DNA of 64,000 bases from Spirochaetia bacterium. Lineage in GTDB: Bacteria; Spirochaetota; Spirochaetia; CADAEX01. Every line of letters begins with the position of its first letter. The first letter of the stretch is position 1. Shown in pieces: positions 20,352 to 29,893 of this stretch. The position numbers and the translations under genes were made by a program. Location of the stretch: positions 32,001 through 96,000 of the forward strand of contig CAXXHA010000036.1 in the NCBI GenBank assembly GCA_963662265.2. The letters run 5' to 3'. Below the pieces are notes generated by a model. It was not told where the DNA came from and did not search any database. It saw only the letters and a list, made by a program, of their open reading frames with translations.

Positions 20352-21305
20352 ATGAAAAAGAGTCTTTTACTGCTCATTCTTGCAGCAGCAATGATTTTAC
20401 CTGCATTTGCTTCAGGTGACAAGGAATCATATCCTTCTGACACAATTAATATTGTTGTTCCTTCAAAAGCAGGTGGATCAACAGACGGCTGTGCAAGACA
20501 GTTTGCTCAGACTGCAAAAAAATACTGGAAAGATGCAAACTTTGTTGTTGTAAACAAAGGTGGATCAGGCGGACTTAAAGGTTTTGATGAAATTGCAAGA
20601 GCAAAAGCAGACGGCTATACACTTGGTATGGTTTTCACACCTCAGCTTGTTGCTCATGTAGTATCAGGAAGATCACATTATACACTCGACAGTTTTCATA
20701 TCATAAGCAATGTTGTAGAAGATCCGGGTATTGTTGTTGTTCCTGCTGCAAGCGATATCAAGTCACTTGATGACCTCAAGGCTGCTGCTAAAGCAGAAAA
20801 ATTAGTTGCTACAGTAAATGGTATAGGAAGTGATGACTATATTGCTGCAAAAAATTTTGAAAAAATTGCAGGTGTTGAATTCAACCTCATGCCTACAAAA
20901 GGTTCAACAGAACAGAAAACAGCTGTTCTCGGCGGACATGTAGATGTTGCTTTCATGAACCTTTCCCAGATGCTTTCAAACCACAGGGAAGGTAAGGCAA
21001 GAATTATTGCTATTGCAACTAAAAAGAGATCTGATTTTGAAAACACTATCCCAACAGCTAAAGAGCAGGGATATGAGCTTTACATGACAGCTACAAGAGG
21101 TTTTGTTATCCAGGCAGATACAGCTCCTGAAATCCAGAAAGCTCTTGATGGACTTCTGTCAGATGTTCTTTCAGATCCTGAATTCAAGTCAGCAATGGAA
21201 AAACAGCTTATTGCACTTGCTCCAATGGACAGCAAGGAATACACAGAATACTTAACAAACCTCCAGGCTCAGACACAGGAAGTATATAACGCTAACCCCT
21301 GGTAA
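20352..21305 (+). CDS. tctC: Tripartite tricarboxylate transporter substrate-binding protein
   Basis: YPSDTINIVVPSKAGGSTD, ADGYTLG, LGGHVDVA; strong RBS AGGAG. Confidence 0.9.
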   Translation: MKKSLLLLILAAAMILPAFASGDKESYPSDTINIVVPSKAGGSTDGCARQFAQTAKKYWKDANFVVVNKGGSGGLKGFDEIARAKADGYTLGMVFTPQLVAHVVSGRSHYTLDSFHIISNVVEDPGIVVVPAASDIKSLDDLKAAAKAEKLVATVNGIGSDDYIAAKNFEKIAGVEFNLMPTKGSTEQKTAVLGGHVDVAFMNLSQMLSNHREGKARIIAIATKKRSDFENTIPTAKEQGYELYMTATRGFVIQADTAPEIQKALDGLLSDVLSDPEFKSAMEKQLIALAPMDSKEYTEYLTNLQAQTQEVYNANPW

Positions 21306-21321
21306 GGAATTAGGAAGAATA

Positions 21322-21768
21322 ATGACAAAAAAAATATTTGATTACGTAATACTTGTTTTTTGTGTTGTTCTTGCAGTACTGCTTCACCGCAGTACTGCAT
21401 CCTATCCTGAAATTTGTCAGAACAGCACAGCTTCATATGTACGGTTTTTGGCCCTGTGCCTAGCAATCCTGTCAATAGTACAGGTTGGTATTAATTACAA
21501 GAAGAACGATAATGGCTCTGTTGAAATATATAAGGATAAAAGAAAGTTTCTTACACTTCTTATCCTTCTTGTTATCTATGCACTCTTAATATCATATTTC
21601 GGCTTCATGCTTTCAACAGCGTTGTTCCTGCCGTTAACAATGGTTTTAATGGGGCATAAAAAGAAGATGACAATTATTTTATCTTCAGCCGGACTGCTTC
21701 TGTTTATTCAGTTTCTTTTTGTTTCATTACTTCAGGTCCCTCTCCCGGAAGGACTCATTTTCGGTTAG
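21322..21768 (+). CDS. tctB: Tripartite tricarboxylate transporter small subunit
   Basis: Small hydrophobic protein ending LFVSLLQVPLPEG, between tctC and tctA. Confidence 0.85.
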   Translation: MTKKIFDYVILVFCVVLAVLLHRSTASYPEICQNSTASYVRFLALCLAILSIVQVGINYKKNDNGSVEIYKDKRKFLTLLILLVIYALLISYFGFMLSTALFLPLTMVLMGHKKKMTIILSSAGLLLFIQFLFVSLLQVPLPEGLIFG

Positions 21769-21839
21769 GCATCAGTATTTGATGATGCATTTAAAAGAGA
21801 CATTGGTTGTCTCTGTAATATGAATAATAGGGTAATATA

Positions 21840-23339
21840 ATGAATATTGATCTTATAAATATACTATTTACACTGTTCAGCTTTCAAAACCTGCTGGCAG
21901 TATTTTTAGGTACCCTTTCCGGGATTGTTGTCGGAGGGATACCCGGGCTAACGGCAACTATGGCTGTAGCTCTTCTTATACCTGTAACTTTTTCTCTTCC
22001 CCCTGTTACAGGCTTGATACTCATGGGCGGGGTTTACTGTGGTGCGATGTACGGTGGTTCAATTCCTGCAATCCTCCTCTATACACCTGGAACACCGGCT
22101 GCTGCCGCAACTGCACTTGACGGATATCCCCTATCCCGCCAGGGACACGGAGGTCTTGCATTAAAGGTTTCTGTAGTTTCAAGCTTTATCGGGGGAATTT
22201 TTTCAGCAGCCCTTCTTCTTCTTGTAGCGCAGCCTCTTGCTGCTGTTTCTCTCAAGTTCGGGCCTCCTGAATATTTCCTTCTGGCAATCATGGGGCTTGC
22301 AGGGATTGTATCTCTTGCAGAAGATGATGTAATAAAAGGACTTATATCCGGTATTGTCGGCCTGATTATTGCTGTAATCGGTACTGATATTATTTCCGGT
22401 CAGCTCAGGTACACAATGGGTTTTCATGACCTCTATGAGGGTGTCTCATTCATGCCTGCTCTTATCGGTATGTTCTCAATTACACAGATGCTTGAACTTA
22501 CAGGATTCGACAAGATTGTAACTGAGAAAGTTGATCTTAAATCCATAAAAAGGGAAAAAATGCCCAAGGGAATGGGTAAATTTATCGGTGTCGGTACTGC
22601 TTCAGGTACTGTTGTAGGTATTCTTCCCGGAGAGGGAGCTACTATTGCAGCATTTGTTGCATACAACTTTGCAAAGCAGATATCAAAGGTTAAGGAAAAA
22701 TTTGGTAAAGGGAACCCTGAAGGTATTGCAGCAGCAGAATCCGGAAACAACGGATGTGTAGGGGGATCTCTTATTCCTCTCCTCACACTCGGTATTCCCG
22801 GAAACAGTGTTGCAGCTGCTCTTCTTGGAGGACTCATGATTCATGGTCTTATCCCGGGACATGAGCTTTTTACATATCATGCTGATATTACATATACTTT
22901 CATGATTTCACTTTTCCTTGCTAATATCACTTTTCTTGCAATCGGAACATATTTTGCACCTTATTTTTCAAGAATCTCGCTTACTCCAAATGCAGTTCTG
23001 ATCCCGGCAGTATGTATGTTTGCTGTTGTAGGTGCTTACTCAATGAACAATGCTGTGTTTGATATATGGCTCATGCTTATATTTGCACTTCTCGGCCTTA
23101 TACTCAATAAAACAGGGTTTTCAACAAGTGCGGTTGTTCTTGGACTCATACTCGGACCTATTGCAGAAAATGGTTTTGCACAGTCTATGACTATTTCAGG
23201 CGGTTCAGGTTTGATCTTCTTTGAAAGCACAATTGCATGGATCCTGTGGGCTCTGATTATTGCGCTTCTTGCTCCTCCTTTTGTCAATATGTATAAAAAG
23301 GCGAAACAGAAGAAAGCTGAGGCTGTTTCAGAAGCATAA
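21840..23339 (+). CDS. tctA: Tripartite tricarboxylate transporter permease
   Basis: GGIPGLTATMAVAL, TPGTPAAAATALDGYP, PLLTLGIPG. Confidence 0.93.
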   Translation: MNIDLINILFTLFSFQNLLAVFLGTLSGIVVGGIPGLTATMAVALLIPVTFSLPPVTGLILMGGVYCGAMYGGSIPAILLYTPGTPAAAATALDGYPLSRQGHGGLALKVSVVSSFIGGIFSAALLLLVAQPLAAVSLKFGPPEYFLLAIMGLAGIVSLAEDDVIKGLISGIVGLIIAVIGTDIISGQLRYTMGFHDLYEGVSFMPALIGMFSITQMLELTGFDKIVTEKVDLKSIKREKMPKGMGKFIGVGTASGTVVGILPGEGATIAAFVAYNFAKQISKVKEKFGKGNPEGIAAAESGNNGCVGGSLIPLLTLGIPGNSVAAALLGGLMIHGLIPGHELFTYHADITYTFMISLFLANITFLAIGTYFAPYFSRISLTPNAVLIPAVCMFAVVGAYSMNNAVFDIWLMLIFALLGLILNKTGFSTSAVVLGLILGPIAENGFAQSMTISGGSGLIFFESTIAWILWALIIALLAPPFVNMYKKAKQKKAEAVSEA

Positions 23340-23375
23340 AATATAATTCCTCTTAAGGATTTTCATAATTTCCCC

Positions 23376-23413
23376 GGGGTATCTGTTTTTCCGGCAGATA
23401 CCCCCTTTTTTTT
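23376..23413 (+). terminator. Rho-independent terminator of tctCBA
   Basis: GGGGTATCTG...CAGATACCCC stem followed by a T-run. Confidence 0.85.
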
Positions 23414-23702
23414 ATCCTGTCTTTTTAATCGAGCTATTCAATAAAACCATTGGCTGTTTGAGTCCTTTTTTCTGTTTGTTCCCGGTATTCAGTACATAAA
23501 ACAAGTCGCGTAAGAATTCTGAAGTTGATATTACTCTGTTTTTATGCAGGTTAAGAAGGAATACCTGTGATATGGGAAATAGAGGTAGAATAAAGGAAGA
23601 ATGTCCGGAATATGGGGAATGGGGGTAGAATAAGCGAAAAACAGTTTTAAAGAAGGGGTTAGGAGTAAAATAAAAGAAATATGAGAAAAAGGAAGTGGTT
23701 TG

Positions 23703-23731
23703 TTGCAGTTTGTTGCGATTTGATGTAGTAT
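23703..23731 (+). promoter_or_regulatory. Putative sigma70 promoter (leaderless arrangement) for the HTH-EIIA gene
   Basis: TTGCAG-N17-TAGTAT ends 6 nt before ATG 23738; no SD. Confidence 0.5.
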
Positions 23732-23737
23732 GACTGC

Positions 23738-24385
23738 ATGGAAAAGATAATGACGTTGGAAGAAGTGGCTGAGTTCCTCAGGGTATCTGAGAGGACTGTT
23801 GCAGAATGGGCCGGTAAGGGGGAACTTCCCGGCGGAAAAATCGGTACAACCTGGAGATTCAGGTCGTCTGATATAGAAGACTGGCTTAACAACAAGCTTT
23901 CACCCAGGATTAAGAAAGACAGCAATAGTTATGATTCTCTTAAACCTCTGATCACATCATCAAGGATTGCTGTTCTTGATGATGAGTATAAGTCTGATGT
24001 GCTTAACAGGATGATTGACCTTCTTGTCGATGTGCCTGGCGTGAACAGCAGGTCGGAAATTGCAAATGCAATATTTGCGCGTGAAGAGATCATGAGTACC
24101 GGAATCGGTCTGTCTATTGCTATTCCCCACTGCAGGCTCAACAATGTAAGGGATATAACAGTGGCTGTAGGTATAACACGGAAGCCTGTTTATGATTATG
24201 AATCAATGGATGATAAACCAGTGAAAATTGTTGTGATGATTCTTGCAGGACGGAACCTCCATACAGAATATATCAAAGTCCTTTCACTTGTTTCATCCTT
24301 TCTGAAAAAAGAAGGTATAAGGGACCGTCTTCTTGAAGCTGAAACAAAAGAGGATGTTCTTTCTGTTTTTATGGGAGGTGAGTAA
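23738..24385 (+). CDS. Excisionase-like HTH fused to a PTS EIIA (Fru/Ntr-type) domain
   Basis: MTLEEVAEFLRVSERTV...KIGTTWRF; RE...STGIG.SIAIPH with the phosphorylatable His. Confidence 0.88.
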   Translation: MEKIMTLEEVAEFLRVSERTVAEWAGKGELPGGKIGTTWRFRSSDIEDWLNNKLSPRIKKDSNSYDSLKPLITSSRIAVLDDEYKSDVLNRMIDLLVDVPGVNSRSEIANAIFAREEIMSTGIGLSIAIPHCRLNNVRDITVAVGITRKPVYDYESMDDKPVKIVVMILAGRNLHTEYIKVLSLVSSFLKKEGIRDRLLEAETKEDVLSVFMGGE

Positions 24386-24386
24386 T

Positions 24387-26048
24387 ATGCTTGAGCTTGA
24401 AACAGGTCTGCTGTTCCTGTTCGGTCTTGCAATTTTCGGCGGTATTTTAAGCGCACTGCTTTTTAAAAAGATTAAAATACCCCAGGTGCTGGGATATATT
24501 GCAATGGGCATTGTCATAGGGAAGAGCGGGTTCCGCCTTATTTCGCAGGTCCATATAGACCATCTTGTTACTTTTAATTATTTTGCTCTAGGCATTATCG
24601 GATTTCTGGTAGGAGCTGAAATAAAATTCGATGATATGAAAAAATACGGAAAGCAGTTTTCTCTTATCCTGCTGGGAGAAGGGGTGATTGCTTTCATACT
24701 GGTCGGGGGACTTGTAACTCTCTGCCTGTGGAAGGTGACCGGGAATATTCCGGTGTCTCTTGCAGGGGGACTTGTTTTCGGTGCAATAGCATCCGCGACT
24801 GATCCTGCAGCAACAATAAATGTTCTATGGGAATACCGTACTGCAGGAATACTTACCACAACAGTTATTGCAATTGTAGCGCTTGATGATGCGCTTGCAA
24901 TGTTTCTATACGGACTGGGAACAAGTGTATCAAGCCTGCTGACAGGTGAAGGTGCTTCTGTTGTCAGGGAACTGGGTTCTGTTTTTCTTGAACTGCTTTA
25001 CTCGGCAGGGACAGGTATTGTAACAGGTCTTCTCCTTGGATGGACAATAAGAAAGGTAAGAAACAGGGATACACTGTTTGTGCTCAGTTTCGGACTTCTT
25101 CTGATATGTATAGGCCTCAGTGTTCTCATGGAATTTGATATTATTCTTGCAGCGATGTTTGCCGGAGTTACATTTGTCAACCTTGTTCCAGCGAGAAGCA
25201 GGGATATTGTTGATAATATCAAAGGGATATCAACCCCTATTTATATACTGTTCTTTGTTCTTGTTGGTGCCAGGATTAATTTTGCATCCATGCCTTCATG
25301 GCTCTGGCTGATCATAGCTGTTTATGTTGTTTTCAGAAGTGCCGGCAAGTATCTCGGGGCAATGTCAGGAGCCTTGATATCAAAGGCGGAACCTGTTGTT
25401 GTAAAGAATATAGGAATGACGCTTTTTTCTCAGGGGGGAGTCGCAATAGGTCTTTCCATAATGGCAGGAAACCATCTTGACGGGATTGCTGTTGCAGACA
25501 GTCTTTCACTCGGAGATGTTATTGTTTCCGGTGTGACAACAACAACTTTTATTGTACAGCTTATCGGTCCTTTCATGGTTAAAATTGCTGCCAGAAGAGC
25601 AGGTGAAGCAGGCAGGAATGTTACGCTTGAGGATGTAATTGCCTCCTGGAAAACAGAGGACTGTATTGAAGAGAATTCAATTTCTGTAAATGTGAATGAC
25701 ACAATAAGGGATATTATTGATCTGTTTTCCGAATCTGATGTTTCTTTCGTATCAGTCACAGACAGCAATAAGCAGTTCAAGGGTATTATTACATTCAAAG
25801 CTCTTAAATCAGTGCTTTTTGATTCATCAACATGGGACTGGCTTGTTGCAGAGGATTTTCTCAGGAAGGTGAAGAATTATGCTGTTCATAATTCTTCTCT
25901 TGCAGATTCTGTTGATCTGATGAATCATCTTCATCTTGATCAGCTGCCTGTTCTTTCCGGCTATGACTCTTCAACATGGCTGGGTGTAATAGACAGGAAA
26001 AAGATAACAAGAGCAGCCAGAAAAAGCATCATGTCAACTGCTGCATAA
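24387..26048 (+). CDS. Cation:proton antiporter with C-terminal CBS pair
   Basis: SATDPAAT, ALDDA, FFVLVGA, QGGVAIGL motifs plus CBS-like tail; GGAGG RBS before ATG 24387. Confidence 0.85.
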   Translation: MLELETGLLFLFGLAIFGGILSALLFKKIKIPQVLGYIAMGIVIGKSGFRLISQVHIDHLVTFNYFALGIIGFLVGAEIKFDDMKKYGKQFSLILLGEGVIAFILVGGLVTLCLWKVTGNIPVSLAGGLVFGAIASATDPAATINVLWEYRTAGILTTTVIAIVALDDALAMFLYGLGTSVSSLLTGEGASVVRELGSVFLELLYSAGTGIVTGLLLGWTIRKVRNRDTLFVLSFGLLLICIGLSVLMEFDIILAAMFAGVTFVNLVPARSRDIVDNIKGISTPIYILFFVLVGARINFASMPSWLWLIIAVYVVFRSAGKYLGAMSGALISKAEPVVVKNIGMTLFSQGGVAIGLSIMAGNHLDGIAVADSLSLGDVIVSGVTTTTFIVQLIGPFMVKIAARRAGEAGRNVTLEDVIASWKTEDCIEENSISVNVNDTIRDIIDLFSESDVSFVSVTDSNKQFKGIITFKALKSVLFDSSTWDWLVAEDFLRKVKNYAVHNSSLADSVDLMNHLHLDQLPVLSGYDSSTWLGVIDRKKITRAARKSIMSTAA

Positions 26049-26320
26049 AGCTGTTGCCCGGTAATAAATCACCGGTTTTACTGTAGAATTATTATCAGCC
26101 GGAGTATTATTTTCAGTTTCAGTCTGAAGATGATTTGCTCCGGTTTTTTTTGTCTCCTGCAGATATAATTTAAAAAAAATAATCAATCTGTACAAATAAC
26201 AGTTTCGAACAGACAAATTCATATTTTTTTATGCATTTCATCAGTTCATAGTCATATAATTTAGAATGTATACATCTTCTGCTTGATTAAAGTCTCCGGA
26301 CGAAAAACAGAGGAAGAACT

Positions 26321-28129
26321 ATGTCTGATAAAAGATTGATCAGGAATATATTTAAACCTGAAAAAAACAAGCTCTGGCATGTAATTATTATCCCGTCCCT
26401 CGTTATAATCATATCTCTTGCAGCATTCATGTATATAGAGGCTGAATATTTCAGCCGAAAACTCAATTCCGATACAATAGCAAAACTTCAGGATAACAGC
26501 TGTAATCAGATTGAAAATATTATAGAAAATTATCTCAATGCATCATCTGAAACAATCATTCTAAATGCAAAACTCTTTGAAAGGGGACTTATTCTCCCTG
26601 ATGATGCCAGGAGAACTGCCCTGTTTTTCCTTGACGAGGTTGTAAATAACCGTTTTGTGGATAATGTGTACTTTGCAAATGAGGAGGGGGGGGGAATCTC
26701 TTCCGGCATCACAGAAGGGGAGAAAAGAATATCCTATACAGAAAATATGAAGAGATCGCCGTTTCTGGTAAACAGGGTTAATAATGACAACAAACTTGAA
26801 TATCTTGAAACTGTCTATGATTTTAATCCTGAAGCAAAATCCTGGTATAGGGGGGCAGATACTCCCGGGGAAGTATTCTGGACAGATATATATTCCGGAG
26901 TACAGGATCCTGTTCTCTGTATAAGTAATTCTGTCGGTGTATTTGACAGCAGCGGGAAAAGGACCGGGGTATTCGGATGCGATGTTCTTCTTGATAAGAT
27001 GTCATCCTGCTTAAGAAAGATCAGGATAAGCAGCAGTTCCAGAATTTACCTTTTTGAAACAGACGGCAGTTTAATTGCCGACACTGGACTCGAAAGCCTG
27101 TTTATTGAAAAAAACGGGACTCTGAACAGGTTGAACGCATCTGACAGTGCAAATTCTGTTTTAAGCAGTCTTTTTTCCAGCCTTGCAGTAAGCCCTGATT
27201 TTATCAGGAAAAAGACTGCAGTTTCTTCAGGCAATAAAAAATATTATGCAGATATTAATGCGTATAAAGTATCTGATAAGGTGTCATGGATATATGCTGT
27301 TGTAATTCCTGAAGATGATTTTCTTGCCGGCTATTATATACTGATAAGAAGGGTTAAAAGAATTGTCTCTGTTATGGTTTTTATAACAGCAGTTACATAT
27401 GTACTGATATCTCTCTGGATTCTTACTCCGGTAAAGCAGCTGCTTCTTGAAATACATGTTATGGCAAGAGGTAAATGGGGAAGTATAACTGAAACAGGAA
27501 GGAAAGATATATTTGGTGATCTTATACACTCATTCAACAGCATGTCAGGAGCGCTGAGCAGCCTTTTCTCCGATCTTGAGAAAAAAAATGAAGAACTCAA
27601 CCTTACACTTGAAGAGTGTGTCAGGGCTCGCTCTGAACAGCCATGCCTGCCGGGTAATACTGATGAACTTACAGGTCTCTGCAGCCGCAGTTATCTTACC
27701 GATACCCTTGAAAAGGAATATTCTGTTTTCAACCGGTATGGAATCAAGCTTTCAGTTGTTCTGTTTGATCTCGATAATTTCACTGAAATAAATAATACAG
27801 ACGGGCATCCTGCCGGAGATGATGTTCTCAGGAAAACAGCTGAACTCATGAAAAAAAACTGCAGGGATACAGATACTGTCGGGCGGTATGAGGGGGGAGG
27901 ATTTTTCCTGATAATGCCGCAGACCGGTATTCGGAATGCACTTGTTGCGGCTGAAAGATACAGATCAGCTGTTTCAGGGACAGTTTTCGGCAGCAGGGAA
28001 ATCAGGGTTACAATCAGCGGAGGCGCAGCTGAACTTGAAAAAGGGGAATCTCCTGATCAGCTTGTATCAAGGGCGGAAAGCCTGTTGCTCAGGGCAAAGG
28101 AAAACGGCAGGAACAGGATTGAATCCTGA
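26321..28129 (+). CDS. Membrane Cache-HAMP protein with degenerate GGDEF domain
   Basis: dCache motifs (SWYR, WTDIY, GVFGCDV); GGDEF fold with active site reading EGGGF and intact RDTD I-site. Confidence 0.85.
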   Translation: MSDKRLIRNIFKPEKNKLWHVIIIPSLVIIISLAAFMYIEAEYFSRKLNSDTIAKLQDNSCNQIENIIENYLNASSETIILNAKLFERGLILPDDARRTALFFLDEVVNNRFVDNVYFANEEGGGISSGITEGEKRISYTENMKRSPFLVNRVNNDNKLEYLETVYDFNPEAKSWYRGADTPGEVFWTDIYSGVQDPVLCISNSVGVFDSSGKRTGVFGCDVLLDKMSSCLRKIRISSSSRIYLFETDGSLIADTGLESLFIEKNGTLNRLNASDSANSVLSSLFSSLAVSPDFIRKKTAVSSGNKKYYADINAYKVSDKVSWIYAVVIPEDDFLAGYYILIRRVKRIVSVMVFITAVTYVLISLWILTPVKQLLLEIHVMARGKWGSITETGRKDIFGDLIHSFNSMSGALSSLFSDLEKKNEELNLTLEECVRARSEQPCLPGNTDELTGLCSRSYLTDTLEKEYSVFNRYGIKLSVVLFDLDNFTEINNTDGHPAGDDVLRKTAELMKKNCRDTDTVGRYEGGGFFLIMPQTGIRNALVAAERYRSAVSGTVFGSREIRVTISGGAAELEKGESPDQLVSRAESLLLRAKENGRNRIES

Positions 28130-28469
28130 ATAACCATTTTGTTACTGTTGTTTACAGGCTGAAATCCGGATTTGCATGATAAGGGAATCTTTAAAAACTA
28201 TGTTTTTAATTTTGCATCATTTTATTCTGATTCAGAATATAGCCTCTTGTGTGACAATAATTTGCTGTATACAGAAAACATAGTTTTTTTCTTATAGATT
28301 CCTCTCTTCGGGGACAGTTTTCTTGTAGGCAACCATCTAAAAAAATCAGATATGTATAATTGTTTTATTACTCAATCCCTGGTTTGTTCCGGGTGCTGGA
28401 TTTTAAAATGATTTTCAAAATCCGTATTATCGCATTATAATTAATTAAATTATTCAGCAGGAGGATAAA

Positions 28470-28961
28470 ATGCCTGACAGGGAATCTATTTTTATCTGTA
28501 CAGTTAAAAATCAGCCGGGTGTCATGGAAAAGGTTACAGATGTATTCGGGGAACTGGAAATAAATATAAAATCAGTCTGTGCAGCTCCTATTCATCAGAT
28601 GGGGAAATCAAGCATAGTTATTGTTGCTGAAAAAAGCACAGTTCAGCCTGCCGCAATTGAGGAAATACTCCGGAGTAAAATGGATTATATAATTGTCAAG
28701 GATGCGGAGCGGGGAGATATTTACGAGAGGGAACTTGCTCTTATCTGTGTAAAATGTGAGATAGGACATACTGCCCATATTATGCAGACTGCTGAAATGT
28801 TTGATGCTGATGTACTTGGAATCGGACGGGAAAGCATAACTTTTGAAAAAACCGGCTCCCCCGAAAAAGTTGATGCATTTATCAAGGCTCTTGAGGATTA
28901 CGGAATAATAAGACTTACAAGATCAGGCCGTGCAGTGATGGAAAAAGAGGAGGTGAGCTGA
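28470..28961 (+). CDS. Acetolactate synthase small-subunit-like ACT protein (orphan, diverged)
   Basis: VKNQPGV...NIKS, ERELAL, TG...KVDAFI..L..YGI....RSG match IlvH/IlvN; no ilvB nearby. Confidence 0.8.
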   Translation: MPDRESIFICTVKNQPGVMEKVTDVFGELEINIKSVCAAPIHQMGKSSIVIVAEKSTVQPAAIEEILRSKMDYIIVKDAERGDIYERELALICVKCEIGHTAHIMQTAEMFDADVLGIGRESITFEKTGSPEKVDAFIKALEDYGIIRLTRSGRAVMEKEEVS

Positions 28962-28963
28962 AA

Positions 28964-29881
28964 GTGGTCAGATCGCTTGACGAAATAATATCTCTCGCCA
29001 GGAAAATCAAACCGAAAAAAAGGCTGTTTGTTGCTGCTGCAGATGAACATGCCGCAATAGAATCATGTTCTCTCGCATACCGTGAAGGGCTTGCTGAAAT
29101 AACACTTGTAGGTGATAAATCAAATATTGAGAAAATTGCAAAAAAAGACAGTATTGATCTCAGGGGGCTTGAAATACTGGATGTTCAGGATGAAAAAGAT
29201 GCTCTTGTAAGCTGTATGGAAAATTACAGGGACGGAAAAGCAGATATTATCATGAAGGGAAAGATAAGCACCGGGAAATTGATGCAGACAGCCCTTAAAA
29301 GGGAATACGGCCTGAGGACAAACCGTATACTGAGCCATATCGCGGTGTTTGAACACGAGGGAAGACTTGTGATCCTGTCTGACGGAGGGATGAATATTTC
29401 TCCGGATATAGGGAGAAAGGCCGGTATTATTGATAACAGCGTACAGGTGGCCCATGCTCTGGGAATAGAAAATCCAAAAGTTGCAATTCTTGCAGCAGTT
29501 GAGAAAATACAGCTTAAAGCAATGCCTGTTACAAGGGATGCTGTAATCTTAAGCATGATGAATAAACGGGGAGAGATAAAAGACTGCGTAGTGGAAGGTC
29601 CCCTGTCACTGGATCTGGCTTTAAGCCGCCATTCGGCAGAAACAAAAGGGGTTAAGGGGCAAGTTTCTGGAAATGCAGACATAATTATTGCTCCGGATAT
29701 TTCCTGCGGCAATATGATTTATAAGTCAATTACTACTATACGGAAATCGCCGCTGGCAGGACTTGTTACGGGAAGCAGGACCCCCATGATAATTGTGAGC
29801 AGGGCGGATGAGACAAAAACCAAGCTTTACTCTGTAGGTACAGGAATTTATTTTGCACATAAATTTACTGAAGATGAATAG
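28964..29881 (+). CDS. ptb: Phosphate butyryl/branched-chain acyltransferase
   Basis: IMKGKISTG, LSHIAVF, SDGGMNISP, VEGPLSLDLA, GNMIYK, VSRAD. Confidence 0.88.
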   Translation: MVRSLDEIISLARKIKPKKRLFVAAADEHAAIESCSLAYREGLAEITLVGDKSNIEKIAKKDSIDLRGLEILDVQDEKDALVSCMENYRDGKADIIMKGKISTGKLMQTALKREYGLRTNRILSHIAVFEHEGRLVILSDGGMNISPDIGRKAGIIDNSVQVAHALGIENPKVAILAAVEKIQLKAMPVTRDAVILSMMNKRGEIKDCVVEGPLSLDLALSRHSAETKGVKGQVSGNADIIIAPDISCGNMIYKSITTIRKSPLAGLVTGSRTPMIIVSRADETKTKLYSVGTGIYFAHKFTEDE

Positions 29882-29893
29882 TTGGAGATGCAA

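Noticed and set aside
23738-23900. Excisionase-like HTH as a sign of an integrated element
   Set aside because: It is fused to EIIA, a known regulator architecture, and no integrase or att site is nearby
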